Below are positions 29,633-41,412 of a DNA stretch of 64,000 nucleotides, piece by piece (position 1 is the first letter of the stretch; the number at the start of each line of letters is the position of its first letter). A model generated the notes under the pieces. It had not been told where the DNA came from. It searched no databases and saw nothing but the letters and a program-made list of their open reading frames with translations. This DNA comes from Candidatus Latescibacterota bacterium (GTDB lineage: Bacteria; Latescibacterota; UBA2968; GCA-2709665), in contig CBDCOX010000002.1 of the NCBI GenBank assembly GCA_965219995.1, positions 4,992,001 to 5,056,000 of the forward strand. Direction: 5' to 3'. The position numbers were made by a program, and so were the translations under genes.

Positions 29633-30419
29633 CGTCGCGGGGTACTTTCAGTCGAAACCGGTGTTCAGGGACACCGGAATTGACTTTCCGGCGGATGACC
29701 TGAATCCGGATCCGGTCGCTGCCGTGGACGATCTCCATCCGGCGGGGAAGCGGGATACCATTCTGCAGCTGGTATTCGGAAAGGTTGCGGCGGGACAACA
29801 ACAGCCCGCCGGGCGAGTAGACCCGCTCTTGGAGCAGGATGGCGGAGCGGGGGTCAAACCGGAGGCGGCGCGTCCACAGCGGTTCGATGATTTCCAGATT
29901 GAGACTGTCCCTGTCGGCCTGGAATTCGCCGATGCGCGGCAGATTCAGCGGAGACATCCTGGCGAGGCCCAGCATGGCGTGCGTGGCCCCATAGGGCGCG
30001 AGATCGACGCCGGTGACGATCCGGAGCACGTCCTCCGAAGGCCCCTCGAGATAGTGATTGGTTCTTGGCAGGTATACCGCGAGAGAGTCGCCGCGAGCCA
30101 GGGCCGAGAGGACGCCAAGGCCGAGCAGGGCATCCGTCATCTCGATTTTCAGAGCGCCCGGCGCCCGGTAGAAGAGTACGACAACCCCCTTCTGTTTGAC
30201 GCCGTCGATGCGCATGTTAATTCCTGCGCGGATCTCGAGATCCTTGAGGCTGTCTTCCCGTGCGGTGACAATGCGCAGCAGGTCGGCCGGGGTTGAAACC
30301 GGTTCGACTTCCGGGAGGTGGGAGAATGACGCGGCGCAACCGGGAAGCGCCAGGAGAAGCAGATAGAGGAGAGGCGTTGACCTGAGGGATCGCGTTCCGG
30401 ACCGCTGTCGGCATGCCAT
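29616..30419 (-). CDS. Lipoprotein, DUF4292/LolA-LolB-like fold
   Basis: Lipobox LPGC; beta-rich body ending ...GIPLPRRMEI...VNSGVPEHRFRL. Confidence 0.6.
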   Translation of the reverse strand: MACRQRSGTRSLRSTPLLYLLLLALPGCAASFSHLPEVEPVSTPADLLRIVTAREDSLKDLEIRAGINMRIDGVKQKGVVVLFYRAPGALKIEMTDALLGLGVLSALARGDSLAVYLPRTNHYLEGPSEDVLRIVTGVDLAPYGATHAMLGLARMSPLNLPRIGEFQADRDSLNLEIIEPLWTRRLRFDPRSAILLQERVYSPGGLLLSRRNLSEYQLQNGIPLPRRMEIVHGSDRIRIQVIRRKVNSGVPEHRFRLKVPRDVTRLQ

Positions 30420-30420
30420 T

Positions 30421-32325
30421 TCAGGGTCCGCTTGCACGATTGGGGCCGAATGATTGCAGCTTGCGTTGTATGGACTCGTTCCCTGGATTCAGGTCTGCCG
30501 CGCGTTGCCAGTGTTCGACGGCTTCCTCGATATTGCCCAGGGCCCGGGCGGCATCGCCCACGTGATCCAGAATGATCGACAGATTTTCTCGCTGGCCGGC
30601 TGTCCGTAGTGCAACCTCGATTTCGTTGAACCGGCTTTCCTCGGCCTTCAGCGCGAGCTTGAGGGTTTTCATCGCTTCGTCGTATCGCCGCTGCTGGAAG
30701 TAGACCCATCCCATGCTGTCCAGGTACGCGCCGTTGTCCGGGTCGCCCTTCAACGCGCGTTCGATATAGTCTTCCGCTTCGCCCAGGCGAATGCCTTTTT
30801 CCGCGAACATGTACCCCAGATAGTTCAACGCCTTGTGGTTGGCGGGTGCCCGGGCGAGAAGGTGCTGAAATACGTCGACCGCGCTGTCGAAGCGACCTGC
30901 GCGCTCGTAACCGTGGCCCAGGTCGAAAAGCACATCCTCCAGGAGTTCCCTGTCGTCTTGAAGGCGATTCTTCAGACTTTCCAGCGCGGGAATCGCCGCC
31001 TCCCAGTTCTTCTCGGCCAGATAAGTGCGTCCGACCTCAAGTTGATATCGAAACTCGCCCGGCCGGGCGTCGACCGCCTGGCTGTAGACCCTTCTCGCCT
31101 GTGCCGGACGGTTGCTCGCGACATACGCCCATCCGAGCGCGGGCACGATTCGGGAGTAGAGTTCGGATTCCGCGGGTGTTTCGCCGAAGAGCCCATCGAG
31201 AATCTCGATTGCCGGGTCCAGGTCCCGTTCGCTCAGATAGGTGCGCGCAACGCCCAGGCGGTACCAGGGGTTCGGATCCAGCGATATCGCCTTGCGGAAG
31301 GCGCGCCTGGCTTCTTCCGGCCTGTCGCCGGCAAGGAGCAGCGATGCCTTCCGGCCAAGCAGGTCGTGTCGTTCCGGCAGCGCGCCGATGAGGCGGTCCA
31401 GCAAGGCCTCGGTATGTCGATAGCGACGCTTCACGAGGACGCTTTCGGCGCCCGATGACGGAATGCTGCGCGGAAGGTGGGCGGACAAGCGGTCCAGGAA
31501 GAGCGTATCCGGGGGGGCTTCCGAAACAAGCGCTTCCAGATGGTCTTCGCGGTCGTAGATGGCGATAAGCTTCCGCCAGAGCTCGCGCGTGGTCTTGTTC
31601 AGGCGGTGTCGGAAATGTGCGAGCCCCGTTCGATAGATGGCCGCGGCGCTCAGAGTGTCGCCCCCGGCGATTGTCAGGTCGCCAAGGCGATTCCAGATCT
31701 GCGCCTGGTCCGGATCGCGATGGAGGATGCGCCGGTAGATGCCGGCCGCCTTGCGAGGCAGATTCAGGCGCTGATAGCCGTCGGCAATCAACAAATCGTA
31801 CCGGATGTTCGGCGCAGGCACAGACGCGGCCAGATCCAGGACGCGGAGGACTTCCTGGCGTTGCCGTCTGGCGGTATATATCTGGAGCAACTGGGTATAT
31901 GCCCGGAAATCGGCGGGATTCAGGCGGGTGACGGCCTCGAGCTGGGCCGTGGCCAGCAGTGAGTCCCGCTGTCCCAGGGTGTCATAGAGCAGCCAGCGAT
32001 GGGCCGGCGCCCGGGGTTCCAGCCGGACGGCCTTGCGCGCGGCGTCACCCGCCTCGGCGATCCGGTTCAACGAGATCAGATTGCGGGCCAGCGAACTGTA
32101 CAGGGTGGCCGCGGTGGAGTCGATGGCAATGGCCGCACGCAGTGCCTCCACGGCGTCTTCGAGTTGCCCCGCAAGTTCGAACCGTTTGGCGTCTATGAAG
32201 TGACCCATCGCCTGCGGGTCGGCGCCGCGGGGTTTCGGCCGCGGCGGGTCGATAGCCCGCCGGGGCGCGGCGCAGCCCGCGATGGCCGTCAGAAGGACGA
32301 GCGAGATGATTTTACGTGCATCCAT
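30421..32325 (-). CDS. TPR-repeat lipoprotein
   Basis: Lipobox IAGC; ALNYLGYMFAE...PDNGAYLDSMGWVYF...ILDHVGD. Confidence 0.85.
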   Translation of the reverse strand: MDARKIISLVLLTAIAGCAAPRRAIDPPRPKPRGADPQAMGHFIDAKRFELAGQLEDAVEALRAAIAIDSTAATLYSSLARNLISLNRIAEAGDAARKAVRLEPRAPAHRWLLYDTLGQRDSLLATAQLEAVTRLNPADFRAYTQLLQIYTARRQRQEVLRVLDLAASVPAPNIRYDLLIADGYQRLNLPRKAAGIYRRILHRDPDQAQIWNRLGDLTIAGGDTLSAAAIYRTGLAHFRHRLNKTTRELWRKLIAIYDREDHLEALVSEAPPDTLFLDRLSAHLPRSIPSSGAESVLVKRRYRHTEALLDRLIGALPERHDLLGRKASLLLAGDRPEEARRAFRKAISLDPNPWYRLGVARTYLSERDLDPAIEILDGLFGETPAESELYSRIVPALGWAYVASNRPAQARRVYSQAVDARPGEFRYQLEVGRTYLAEKNWEAAIPALESLKNRLQDDRELLEDVLFDLGHGYERAGRFDSAVDVFQHLLARAPANHKALNYLGYMFAEKGIRLGEAEDYIERALKGDPDNGAYLDSMGWVYFQQRRYDEAMKTLKLALKAEESRFNEIEVALRTAGQRENLSIILDHVGDAARALGNIEEAVEHWQRAADLNPGNESIQRKLQSFGPNRASGP

Positions 32326-32398
32326 GAATAGACGTTGAAGAATTTGGAAGAATGGGTAACGGGCCAGAAATGAACTGCAATTTTTTTTACGTTCCGGA

Positions 32399-33811
32399 TT
32401 AAAAAAGGTTGCCCGCTCGTTTTTCAAGGAGCAGCTTGCCGGCCTCGTTCTCGATAGGGATCGGATAGTCCTGCGTAAAGCAGGCGGTGCAATACTGAAG
32501 AGAAGAATTGGGTGCCACGCCGAGCATGCCGTCGAGGGAGAGATAACCCAGGCTGTCCACGCCAAGGTGCTCGCGGATCTGTTCCACGGTCTTGGCGCTG
32601 GCGATCAGCTCCTTCTCGGTCTGGAAGTCGATGCCGTAAAAGCAGGGACCGATAATCGGAGGGCAGCTCACGCGGACGTGAACCTGGCGGGCGCCGGCTT
32701 CGCGCAACATTCGAATCAGGTGTTTGAGTGTCGTGCCACGGACAATCGAATCTTCCACGACGACCACGCGCTTTCCATTCAGCACGCCCCTGACGGGGTT
32801 GTATTTCAGGCGGACCTTGGACGATCGGCTGTCCTGTCCCGGCGTAATAAAGGTGCGTCCCACGTAGTGGTTCCGTATGAGGCCGATCTCGTGTTTGATG
32901 CCGGATTGATTGGCGTAACCCAGCGCCGCCGTATTGCTGGAGTCCGGCACGGATATCACGATGTCCGCGGCGGCAGGCTGCTCGATGGCCAGTTGTCTGC
33001 CCAGCCGGCGCCGGGTCTTGTCCACGTTGTCGCCGAAGATGATGCTGTCGGGCCTTGAGAAGTAGATGTATTCGAAAATGCAGAACGCGTGCCGGTCGGC
33101 CTCCGCGGTCGTGAAAGCGCGGAGACCGTGCGTGTCTATCATGACGAGTTCGCCGGGTTCGATGTCGCGAATATAACGCGCCGAGATGATGTCGAGTGCG
33201 CATGACTCGGACGCGACGATCCAGGCATCGCCGAGCTGACCCAGACACAACGGACGGAAACCAAAAGGATCGCGGGCCGCGAACAGCTGGTTTTCCGTGG
33301 CCAGGACCAGAGAATACGCGCCGTCGATCTGCCTCAGCGCGCCCATGATACGATCGACCATCTTCTCTTCCCGGGATCTGGCGACGAGATGGAGGATCAG
33401 TTCGCTGTCGGTCGTGGTCTGAAAAATGGCGCCGTCGGCCTGCATCCCATTGCGGAGTTCGGCTGTATTGGTGAGGTTGCCGTTGTGCGCGACGGCGACA
33501 AAGGCGTCCCGGCACTCCGCCAGAAAAGGCTGGGCGTTGGAAAGGGTGTCCGATCCGGTCGTCGAATACCGATTGTGTCCGATGGCCAGGTGGCCGGGGA
33601 GCCGCTTCAGTACATCGGTGTCGCCGAACACATCGGCCACCTGCCCCATTTCGGTGTGGCGAAACAGGTACTCGCCGTTGCCGGAAACGATGCCGCTGCT
33701 CTCCTCACCCCTGTGCTGCAGCGCGTGCAGGCCCAGCGTGGTGAGCTTCGCCGCATCGCTATTCCCGTAAATGCCGAAGATGCCGCAAAAGTGTTTGACG
33801 CTGTTGTCCAT
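32399..33811 (-). CDS. purF: Amidophosphoribosyltransferase (propeptide, Fe-S type)
   Basis: CGIFG, LQHRG, GHNRYST, VEDSIVRGTT, CFYGID, CTAC. Confidence 0.97.
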   Translation of the reverse strand: MDNSVKHFCGIFGIYGNSDAAKLTTLGLHALQHRGEESSGIVSGNGEYLFRHTEMGQVADVFGDTDVLKRLPGHLAIGHNRYSTTGSDTLSNAQPFLAECRDAFVAVAHNGNLTNTAELRNGMQADGAIFQTTTDSELILHLVARSREEKMVDRIMGALRQIDGAYSLVLATENQLFAARDPFGFRPLCLGQLGDAWIVASESCALDIISARYIRDIEPGELVMIDTHGLRAFTTAEADRHAFCIFEYIYFSRPDSIIFGDNVDKTRRRLGRQLAIEQPAAADIVISVPDSSNTAALGYANQSGIKHEIGLIRNHYVGRTFITPGQDSRSSKVRLKYNPVRGVLNGKRVVVVEDSIVRGTTLKHLIRMLREAGARQVHVRVSCPPIIGPCFYGIDFQTEKELIASAKTVEQIREHLGVDSLGYLSLDGMLGVAPNSSLQYCTACFTQDYPIPIENEAGKLLLEKRAGNLF

Positions 33812-33895
33812 CGACCCTCCTGTCGGCGGTATGCAGGACTGTCGTGCAGGGAACTCGCGAATGGGTTGGATTGTTCGCGGCGACCACGGGAAACG

Positions 33896-36061
33896 TCAGC
33901 GCCGGCGTCGTCGCCGTCTGCCCGCATTCCCTCTGCGGCGGCGGCCGCGTTCGGGCGCGGACCCACCTTCTCTCAGCGAAAGATCGAGCCGTCGGAATCT
34001 CCGGTCGGCGCGTACAACCTGAACCACCACCGGGTCGCCCAACCTGAATCGCCTGCCGCGGCGTTCTCCAATCAGGGCGCCTTCGCTCTGGTGATACACA
34101 TAATAATCGTCTGCCAGCGTACTGACCCTGACGAGTCCGTCGATCAGGAATTCTTCAAGTTGTGCGAAGAATCCCATGGGCCGTACGCCAACGATTACGG
34201 CGTCGAAGACATCGCCGACGCGATCTTCCAGATAGCGGATCTGTTTGACCTTGATGGACGCTCTCTCCGCCTCCTGAGCCACGGTTTCACGGCCGGTGGT
34301 GATCCTGCCCAGAGCCGGCAGTCTCTCCCGTAGCCCGTTCTTTCTTTCTTCGGTCAATCCGCTGGCTTCTCTCAGCAGGCGATGGACCATCAGGTCCGGG
34401 TACCGTCGAATGGGGGAGGTGAAGTGGGTGTAGTTTTCGCAGGCAAGGCCGAAATGGCCGATGTTGTCCGGAGAGTAAACGGCTTTCTTCATGGACTGCA
34501 GCAACCATGCATTCAGGACCTGGCCGACGGGTTTCCCGTTGACATCCGCCAGAAACTTCTGAATGTCGGCGGAAGTAATCCGGTCCCGACGTGGAAACCC
34601 GAATCCAAAGGCTGCCACGTTGTCCGCGAATTCCGAAAGTTTGGTCGCATCCGGCCTTTCGTGAACCCGGTAAAGCCCGGGCAGATTCCGGTCGCGGAGA
34701 TGGCAGGCCACGGTTTCGTTGGCCAGCAGCATGAACTCTTCGATCATGCGGTGGCTGTCGAGGCGTTCGCTCCTGCGAATCGAAGTGACATTGCCCTCCC
34801 GGTCCACGTCAAGACGGGGTTCGGCAATATTGAAATCGATCGCGCCTCGTCTCAATCGCCGGCGGGTGATGCGCCTCCGAAGGTCGTCCATCTTCCGCAT
34901 CAGGCTGCGGTGGGGCGCTGAACCGCACTGTCCACCGCCATTGAGACACTTCTGGGCTTGCATGTAGGACAGCTTTGCCCGGCTTCGGACCACGGACGGG
35001 ACGATCTCCGCTTTCATCGATCTCCCGTTTCGGTCGAGATCGATGAGGACGCTGATTGCGAGCCGGTCCTCGTCCGGCAGGAGCGAGCACAGGTTTCCGG
35101 ACAGCCGTTCCGGCAGCATGGGAATCACCCGGCCGGCGAGGTAGACGCTGGTTCCTCTCGTCAGTGCTTCATGGTCCAGCGGGCCGCCTTCTTTGACGTA
35201 GTGGCCGACGTCGGCAATGTGCACGCCCAGACGGTATCCGCCTCCGGGCCGGTCTTCGAGAGAGACGGCGTCGTCGTGGTCGCGGGCGTCTTCCGGATCG
35301 ATGGTAACGCAAATGAGATGACGGAGGTCCTGCCGGTTTTGGATTTCCGCGGCAGGAATCCGGTCTGAAAATTCCTCCGCGGCTTCGAGTACGTTCGGAG
35401 GGAACTCGATCGGCAGGTCGTACTCTTTCACGATGGAAAGGGTGTCGACGCCGGGGTCGTCGGGGTGTCCCAGGATTTCGACGATCTCGCCTTCGGGATC
35501 GGGGTTTTCCGGGAGCCAGGATCTGAGACGGACAACAACCAGCTGACCGTCCCGTGCCCCTCCGGCATCTTCCGGGGAGACGTAGACGTCCCTGGGAATC
35601 CGGGGATCGTCAGGTTCGACAAATCCGACGCGCGAACCGGCGCGATAGATTCCAATAATACATCTCGCACCGCGTTCCAGTACGCGGACGATCTCGCCTT
35701 CGGGCTTGCCGCCGCGCCTGCGGGAAACGCGTGCCACGACACGGTCGCCGTGCAACCCGCCGCGAAGGCCCCCGGGCGCCACGAATATATCGGGGGATCT
35801 TTCGTCGCGACAGACAAATCCGAATCCGTCGGGATTGACGCTCAGCAGACCCGTGGCGAGATTGAGCCTGTCGGGAGGGCCGAAGCGGCTGTTGCGCAGC
35901 CTGACGATAGCGCCTTCCCGTTCGAGTTGGACGAGCAGGCGCCGAAATTGCCGATAGTCGTGTTCGGGCACTCGCAACGCCCGGCTCAATTCGCGAGGCT
36001 TGAGCGGGCGGCCCGCTTCTTTACAGATGAAATTCAGAACCCGGTCGCGGGTTATGGGCAT
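33896..36061 (-). CDS. rnr: Ribonuclease R
   Basis: TIDPEDARDHDDA, VHIADV, HFTSPIRRYPD, S1 domain, basic tail. Confidence 0.96.
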   Translation of the reverse strand: MPITRDRVLNFICKEAGRPLKPRELSRALRVPEHDYRQFRRLLVQLEREGAIVRLRNSRFGPPDRLNLATGLLSVNPDGFGFVCRDERSPDIFVAPGGLRGGLHGDRVVARVSRRRGGKPEGEIVRVLERGARCIIGIYRAGSRVGFVEPDDPRIPRDVYVSPEDAGGARDGQLVVVRLRSWLPENPDPEGEIVEILGHPDDPGVDTLSIVKEYDLPIEFPPNVLEAAEEFSDRIPAAEIQNRQDLRHLICVTIDPEDARDHDDAVSLEDRPGGGYRLGVHIADVGHYVKEGGPLDHEALTRGTSVYLAGRVIPMLPERLSGNLCSLLPDEDRLAISVLIDLDRNGRSMKAEIVPSVVRSRAKLSYMQAQKCLNGGGQCGSAPHRSLMRKMDDLRRRITRRRLRRGAIDFNIAEPRLDVDREGNVTSIRRSERLDSHRMIEEFMLLANETVACHLRDRNLPGLYRVHERPDATKLSEFADNVAAFGFGFPRRDRITSADIQKFLADVNGKPVGQVLNAWLLQSMKKAVYSPDNIGHFGLACENYTHFTSPIRRYPDLMVHRLLREASGLTEERKNGLRERLPALGRITTGRETVAQEAERASIKVKQIRYLEDRVGDVFDAVIVGVRPMGFFAQLEEFLIDGLVRVSTLADDYYVYHQSEGALIGERRGRRFRLGDPVVVQVVRADRRFRRLDLSLREGGSAPERGRRRRGNAGRRRRRRR

Positions 36062-36334
36062 GGTGATATTTCATCCCGGTCACGCAGATCCTGAAACAAT
36101 TCCGAAGGGCAGGCGCCACCGCTATTCTCTTGATGCACGGGGGCGAAATCCTTACCTTTCGGCGACCGTTCGAGTTCTCATTGAATATATAAGGTACCGC
36201 CCGGAAAATCAAAAATAAATGGCCGGGAAGAATGGAAATTTCACTCAAATGAGAAGGAGGGTTTCGAGGAGTTCAGCCGGGTTCGCCGGGTAACGCGTAC
36301 CGCACGGGAGGTAGTTCACCAAAGGAGTTTGGAT

Positions 36335-36796
36335 ATGAGACGTCTGATTCCGATAATCTTCCTACCGCTCTTTCTGATCATTCTGCACGGGCCTGCAGTT
36401 TCGCACTGTGAGATCCCCTGCGGCATCTATGGCGACGACGCAAGATTCACGGCCATTGCGGAGAATCTGACGACGGTCGAGAAGTCGATGAAACTGATCG
36501 TGCAGCTTTCCGCCGAACCGGGCAAGAACGCGAATCAGCTGGTGCGATGGGTGAATAACAAGGAGGTTCATGCGGACCGCATTCGCGAGATTGTGACGCA
36601 GTACTTCCTGGCACAGCGAATCAAGGCGCCCGCGGACGACGATCCGGCCGCGCGTACGGCCTATACCGGGAAGCTGGCATTGCTCCATCAGATGATCGTC
36701 TCAGCGATGAAATGCAAGCAGACCACCGACGTCGCCCATGTGAAGAAATCACGGGAACTGTTGCAGGCGTTCCAGGCGTTGTACAATAAGAAATAG
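36335..36796 (+). CDS. sodN: Nickel superoxide dismutase
   Basis: Ni-hook HCEIPCGIY after a hydrophobic leader; NQLVRWVNNKEVHA. Confidence 0.92.
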   Translation: MRRLIPIIFLPLFLIILHGPAVSHCEIPCGIYGDDARFTAIAENLTTVEKSMKLIVQLSAEPGKNANQLVRWVNNKEVHADRIREIVTQYFLAQRIKAPADDDPAARTAYTGKLALLHQMIVSAMKCKQTTDVAHVKKSRELLQAFQALYNKK

Positions 36797-36893
36797 GCGG
36801 CCGCGGGCCGTCCTGCGCATGCGAGCCGCAGGAAAAATCACGCCGGGTCTTCCCAGGAAGGTCCGGTTTTTTTATACAATAGCCAGATTTTCC

Positions 36894-36958
36894 TTGCCAA
36901 CAATACGACGGTTTGATATATTTGTCGATCGTTGGCACTCAACGATTCAGAGTGCTAA
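36894..36958 (+). promoter_or_regulatory. Sigma70-type promoter plus CIRCE (HrcA operator) of groESL
   Basis: TTGCCA-17-TATATT, then TTGGCACTC-N9-GAGTGCTAA at 36932-36958. Confidence 0.92.
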
Positions 36959-37030
36959 TATCGACGTAACGTTTTAAAATCAATAGATTTAACGCCGATC
37001 CCGTCTCATTTCTTCAAGGAGGTAAGAGAC

Positions 37031-37327
37031 ATGGCAGTCAAGGTGAAGCCGCTGGGAGATCGAGTGCTGGTCAGGCCCCAGGAAGAAGAAGAACAGGTGA
37101 AGGGGGGCATAATTATACCGGACACGGCAAAAGAGAAGCCTCAGCGCGGTGAAATCGTTGCCGTCGGCGACGGCAAACTGGATGATTCCGGAAACAGAAT
37201 CGCCCCGTCCGTGTCGTCCGGCGACGTCGTGCTTTACGGCAAATATTCCGGCACGGAGGTGCGGCTGGACGACGAGGACCATCTCATCATGTCCGAGAGC
37301 GATATCCTGGCGATCATTGAAGACTGA
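37031..37327 (+). CDS. groES: Co-chaperonin GroES
   Basis: [22 protein letters not shown]. Confidence 0.98.
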   Translation: MAVKVKPLGDRVLVRPQEEEEQVKGGIIIPDTAKEKPQRGEIVAVGDGKLDDSGNRIAPSVSSGDVVLYGKYSGTEVRLDDEDHLIMSESDILAIIED

Positions 37328-37341
37328 GGCAGTTCCTGTAA

Positions 37342-38985
<1,644 letters not shown>

Positions 38986-39023
38986 AGAAGTGATGCCTCC
39001 GTTCGCTGTGAAGGAGGCTGAAG

Positions 39024-39064
39024 AAAAAAGAAACGCGCCTTTGAAAAAAGGCGCGTTTCTTTTT
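39024..39064. terminator. Bidirectional rho-independent terminator
   Basis: AAAAAAGAAACGCGCCTTT-GAAA-AAAGGCGCGTTTCTTTTT. Confidence 0.85.
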
Positions 39065-39219
39065 GTGGATCAACCAGGTGTGTTAACCTTGACTTTCAAT
39101 CATTCTGGGACCCAATTGTCGAATTGAACGACCTCGATACCCCGCTCTCGCATTGAGCCCTTTTGTGCCTTTTGTGCTTTTTGTGGTAAATTTAACTGTT
39201 GTCCTTTTTCGAATTGAGG

Positions 39220-40398
39220 TTAATCGTCCGCGGCTTCCTGGTGCGTCACGCCGTTGCAGAAAGCGACGTAGTCGATCAGTTCGGTAATCTCCGGATTGTC
39301 ACCGCAGACCGGGCAGCCGGGGTCGCGCCGGATCTTGAACGTGCGGAAGCTCATGGCAAGCGCATCGTACATGAGCAATCTGCCGATCAGGGGTTCGCCC
39401 TGTCCGAGAATCAGCTTGACCACTTCGGTGGCTTGAATCAGGCCCACGGTTCCCGGCAGTACGCCCAGCACCCCCGCATCGGCGCACGACGGCGCCAGTT
39501 CGGCGGGCGGCGGTTCGGGGTAGAGGCATCGGTAGCAGGGCCCCTCGAGGTCGCAGGGATAGATGGTCACCTGGCCCTCGAAACGGAAAATGCTCCCGTC
39601 TACGATGGGTTTGCGCGCGAAGACGCAGGCGTCGTTCACCATATAACGCGTGGGGAAGTTGTCGCAGCCGTTCACGACGAGGTCGTAGTCCGCGATTATG
39701 TCCATCACGTTATCGGAATTGAGAAACTCGACATAGGGCACCACCTTGCAGCCGGGATTCAGGTCTTGCAGGGTCTCGCGCGCGGAGATGGCTTTCGGCC
39801 TGCCCACGTCGGAAGTGCCGTGCAGGATCTGGCGCTGTAGATTGGTCACGTCCACCACGTCCGCGTCCACGATCCCCAGGGTGCCAACGCCGGCTGCGGC
39901 GAGATAGTAGGCTGCCGGACAGCCCAGTCCACCGGCGCCGACCATCAGCACCTTCGCGTCAAGCAGCTTGCCCTGACCCTTTTCGCCCACTTCGGGGACC
40001 AGGAGATGCCTTGAGTAACGCTGGACCTCGGCTTTGCTGAGCGCTCTGTCGCGCTGAATCGGATAGCCCGCCTCCACCCACGCGTCGTAGCCGCCCTCCA
40101 GGTAAACAACGTTGTTATATCCCATGTTTTTCAGGTCACGCGCCGCGAGTGGTCCCTGGTTTTCGTCTCCGTAGACCAGGACGGCGGTTGAGCGGTCATT
40201 CGCCAGGGTTTCGATGCGCAACTCGAGAAATCCTCTGGAGAGGTTTTCCGCGCCATCGATATAGCCCCCGGCGTAGTCCTCCCGTTCCCGGACGTCCAGA
40301 AGCAGCACGCCGTCCATCCGCTCGCGGGCGTCTTCGGGTGAAATGCCCCGGACCTCGCTCCTCACGTTTTCCATCAGCGATTCAAATGCCGTGCTCAT
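39220..40398 (-). CDS. moeB: MoeB/MoeZ-type E1-like adenylyltransferase with N-terminal rhodanese-fold domain
   Basis: RYSRHLL, GAGGLG, NLQRQILH, CDNF, CYRC, CPVC; N-terminal LLDVRE...LEGGYDAW. Confidence 0.92.
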   Translation of the reverse strand: MSTAFESLMENVRSEVRGISPEDARERMDGVLLLDVREREDYAGGYIDGAENLSRGFLELRIETLANDRSTAVLVYGDENQGPLAARDLKNMGYNNVVYLEGGYDAWVEAGYPIQRDRALSKAEVQRYSRHLLVPEVGEKGQGKLLDAKVLMVGAGGLGCPAAYYLAAAGVGTLGIVDADVVDVTNLQRQILHGTSDVGRPKAISARETLQDLNPGCKVVPYVEFLNSDNVMDIIADYDLVVNGCDNFPTRYMVNDACVFARKPIVDGSIFRFEGQVTIYPCDLEGPCYRCLYPEPPPAELAPSCADAGVLGVLPGTVGLIQATEVVKLILGQGEPLIGRLLMYDALAMSFRTFKIRRDPGCPVCGDNPEITELIDYVAFCNGVTHQEAADD

Positions 40399-40538
40399 GG
40401 TATCCCTCCGGTGCAAAAGATATCGTCATCAAGTACGCGTAATGTATCCAATTTCGGCCCTGAAGGCAAAATCAATCGGCCGTGTACCGGAATTACATTA
40501 CCTGAATATCGCCAGACATCCGGGTCCGACCTGGCGTT

Positions 40539-41357
40539 TCACGAAATGGTGATTTTGGGTCCCGGCTGCTCGAAGGCGTCGATCCGGTCCACGATCTTCC
40601 GCGCGATTTCGAGAAAGGTCCGTGTCACATCGGTTTCCTCTGCCGCGATCGGGTTGCCGGCGTCGCCGCCTTCGCGAATGGCCGGAAGGATGGGCAGTTG
40701 ACCGAGCAGCGGGATATTGAAGGCCTGGGCGATCCGATCGCCGCCGCCCGTGCCGAAGATGGCCGCGGTTTCGCCGCAGCAGGGACACGCGAATGCGCTC
40801 ATGTTCTCCACGGCGCCCAGAACGGGCACGTCCACTTTGCGGAACATCTCCACGCTTCGCGTTACGTCTTCCAGCGCAACGTCCTGCGGCGTGGTGACGA
40901 TCACCGCGCCGCTGAGCGGAACGGTCTGCGCGAGGGTGAGCTGGGCGTCGCCGGTTCCGGGCGGAAGATCGACAACGAGGAAATCCAGCGCGCCCCAGGC
41001 AACGTCGGTCATGAACTGCTGGATCATCTTTCCCACGATGGGGCCGCGCCAGATCACGGGGGTGTCCTCGCCCGCGATGAGTCCGAGAGACATCAGTTTG
41101 ACGCCGTGGTTTTCGAGAGGGATGATCTTGCCGTCCACTGCCCGCGGCTGTTCGGTAGCGCCCAGCATCATCGGGACATTGGGCCCATAGATGTCGGCGT
41201 CGAGCAGGCCGACGGTCTGCCCCTGGCGCGCCAGGGCGACCGACAGGTTCACGCTCACGGTGGTCTTGCCCACGCCTCCCTTGCCGCTGGAAACGGCCAC
41301 GATATGCTCGACGTCGGGAATGGGGCGCGGATTCGGCATGCCGGGTGGCCTTTGCAT
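40539..41357 (-). CDS. mrp: Mrp/ApbC Fe-S cluster carrier ATPase
   Basis: SGKGGVGKT, DADIYGP, DLPPGTGD, ENMSAFACPCC. Confidence 0.93.
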   Translation of the reverse strand: MQRPPGMPNPRPIPDVEHIVAVSSGKGGVGKTTVSVNLSVALARQGQTVGLLDADIYGPNVPMMLGATEQPRAVDGKIIPLENHGVKLMSLGLIAGEDTPVIWRGPIVGKMIQQFMTDVAWGALDFLVVDLPPGTGDAQLTLAQTVPLSGAVIVTTPQDVALEDVTRSVEMFRKVDVPVLGAVENMSAFACPCCGETAAIFGTGGGDRIAQAFNIPLLGQLPILPAIREGGDAGNPIAAEETDVTRTFLEIARKIVDRIDAFEQPGPKITIS

Positions 41358-41412
41358 GGATTCGTTCCTTGGCGTGTATTGCGTGGGTTTGGTGTCTGTA
41401 CGTCCGAGCGCG

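Noticed and set aside
36228-36256. Fur/Nur-like box upstream of sodN
   Set aside because: Weak dyad (ATGGAAATTTCACTCAAAT) with too many mismatches to support.
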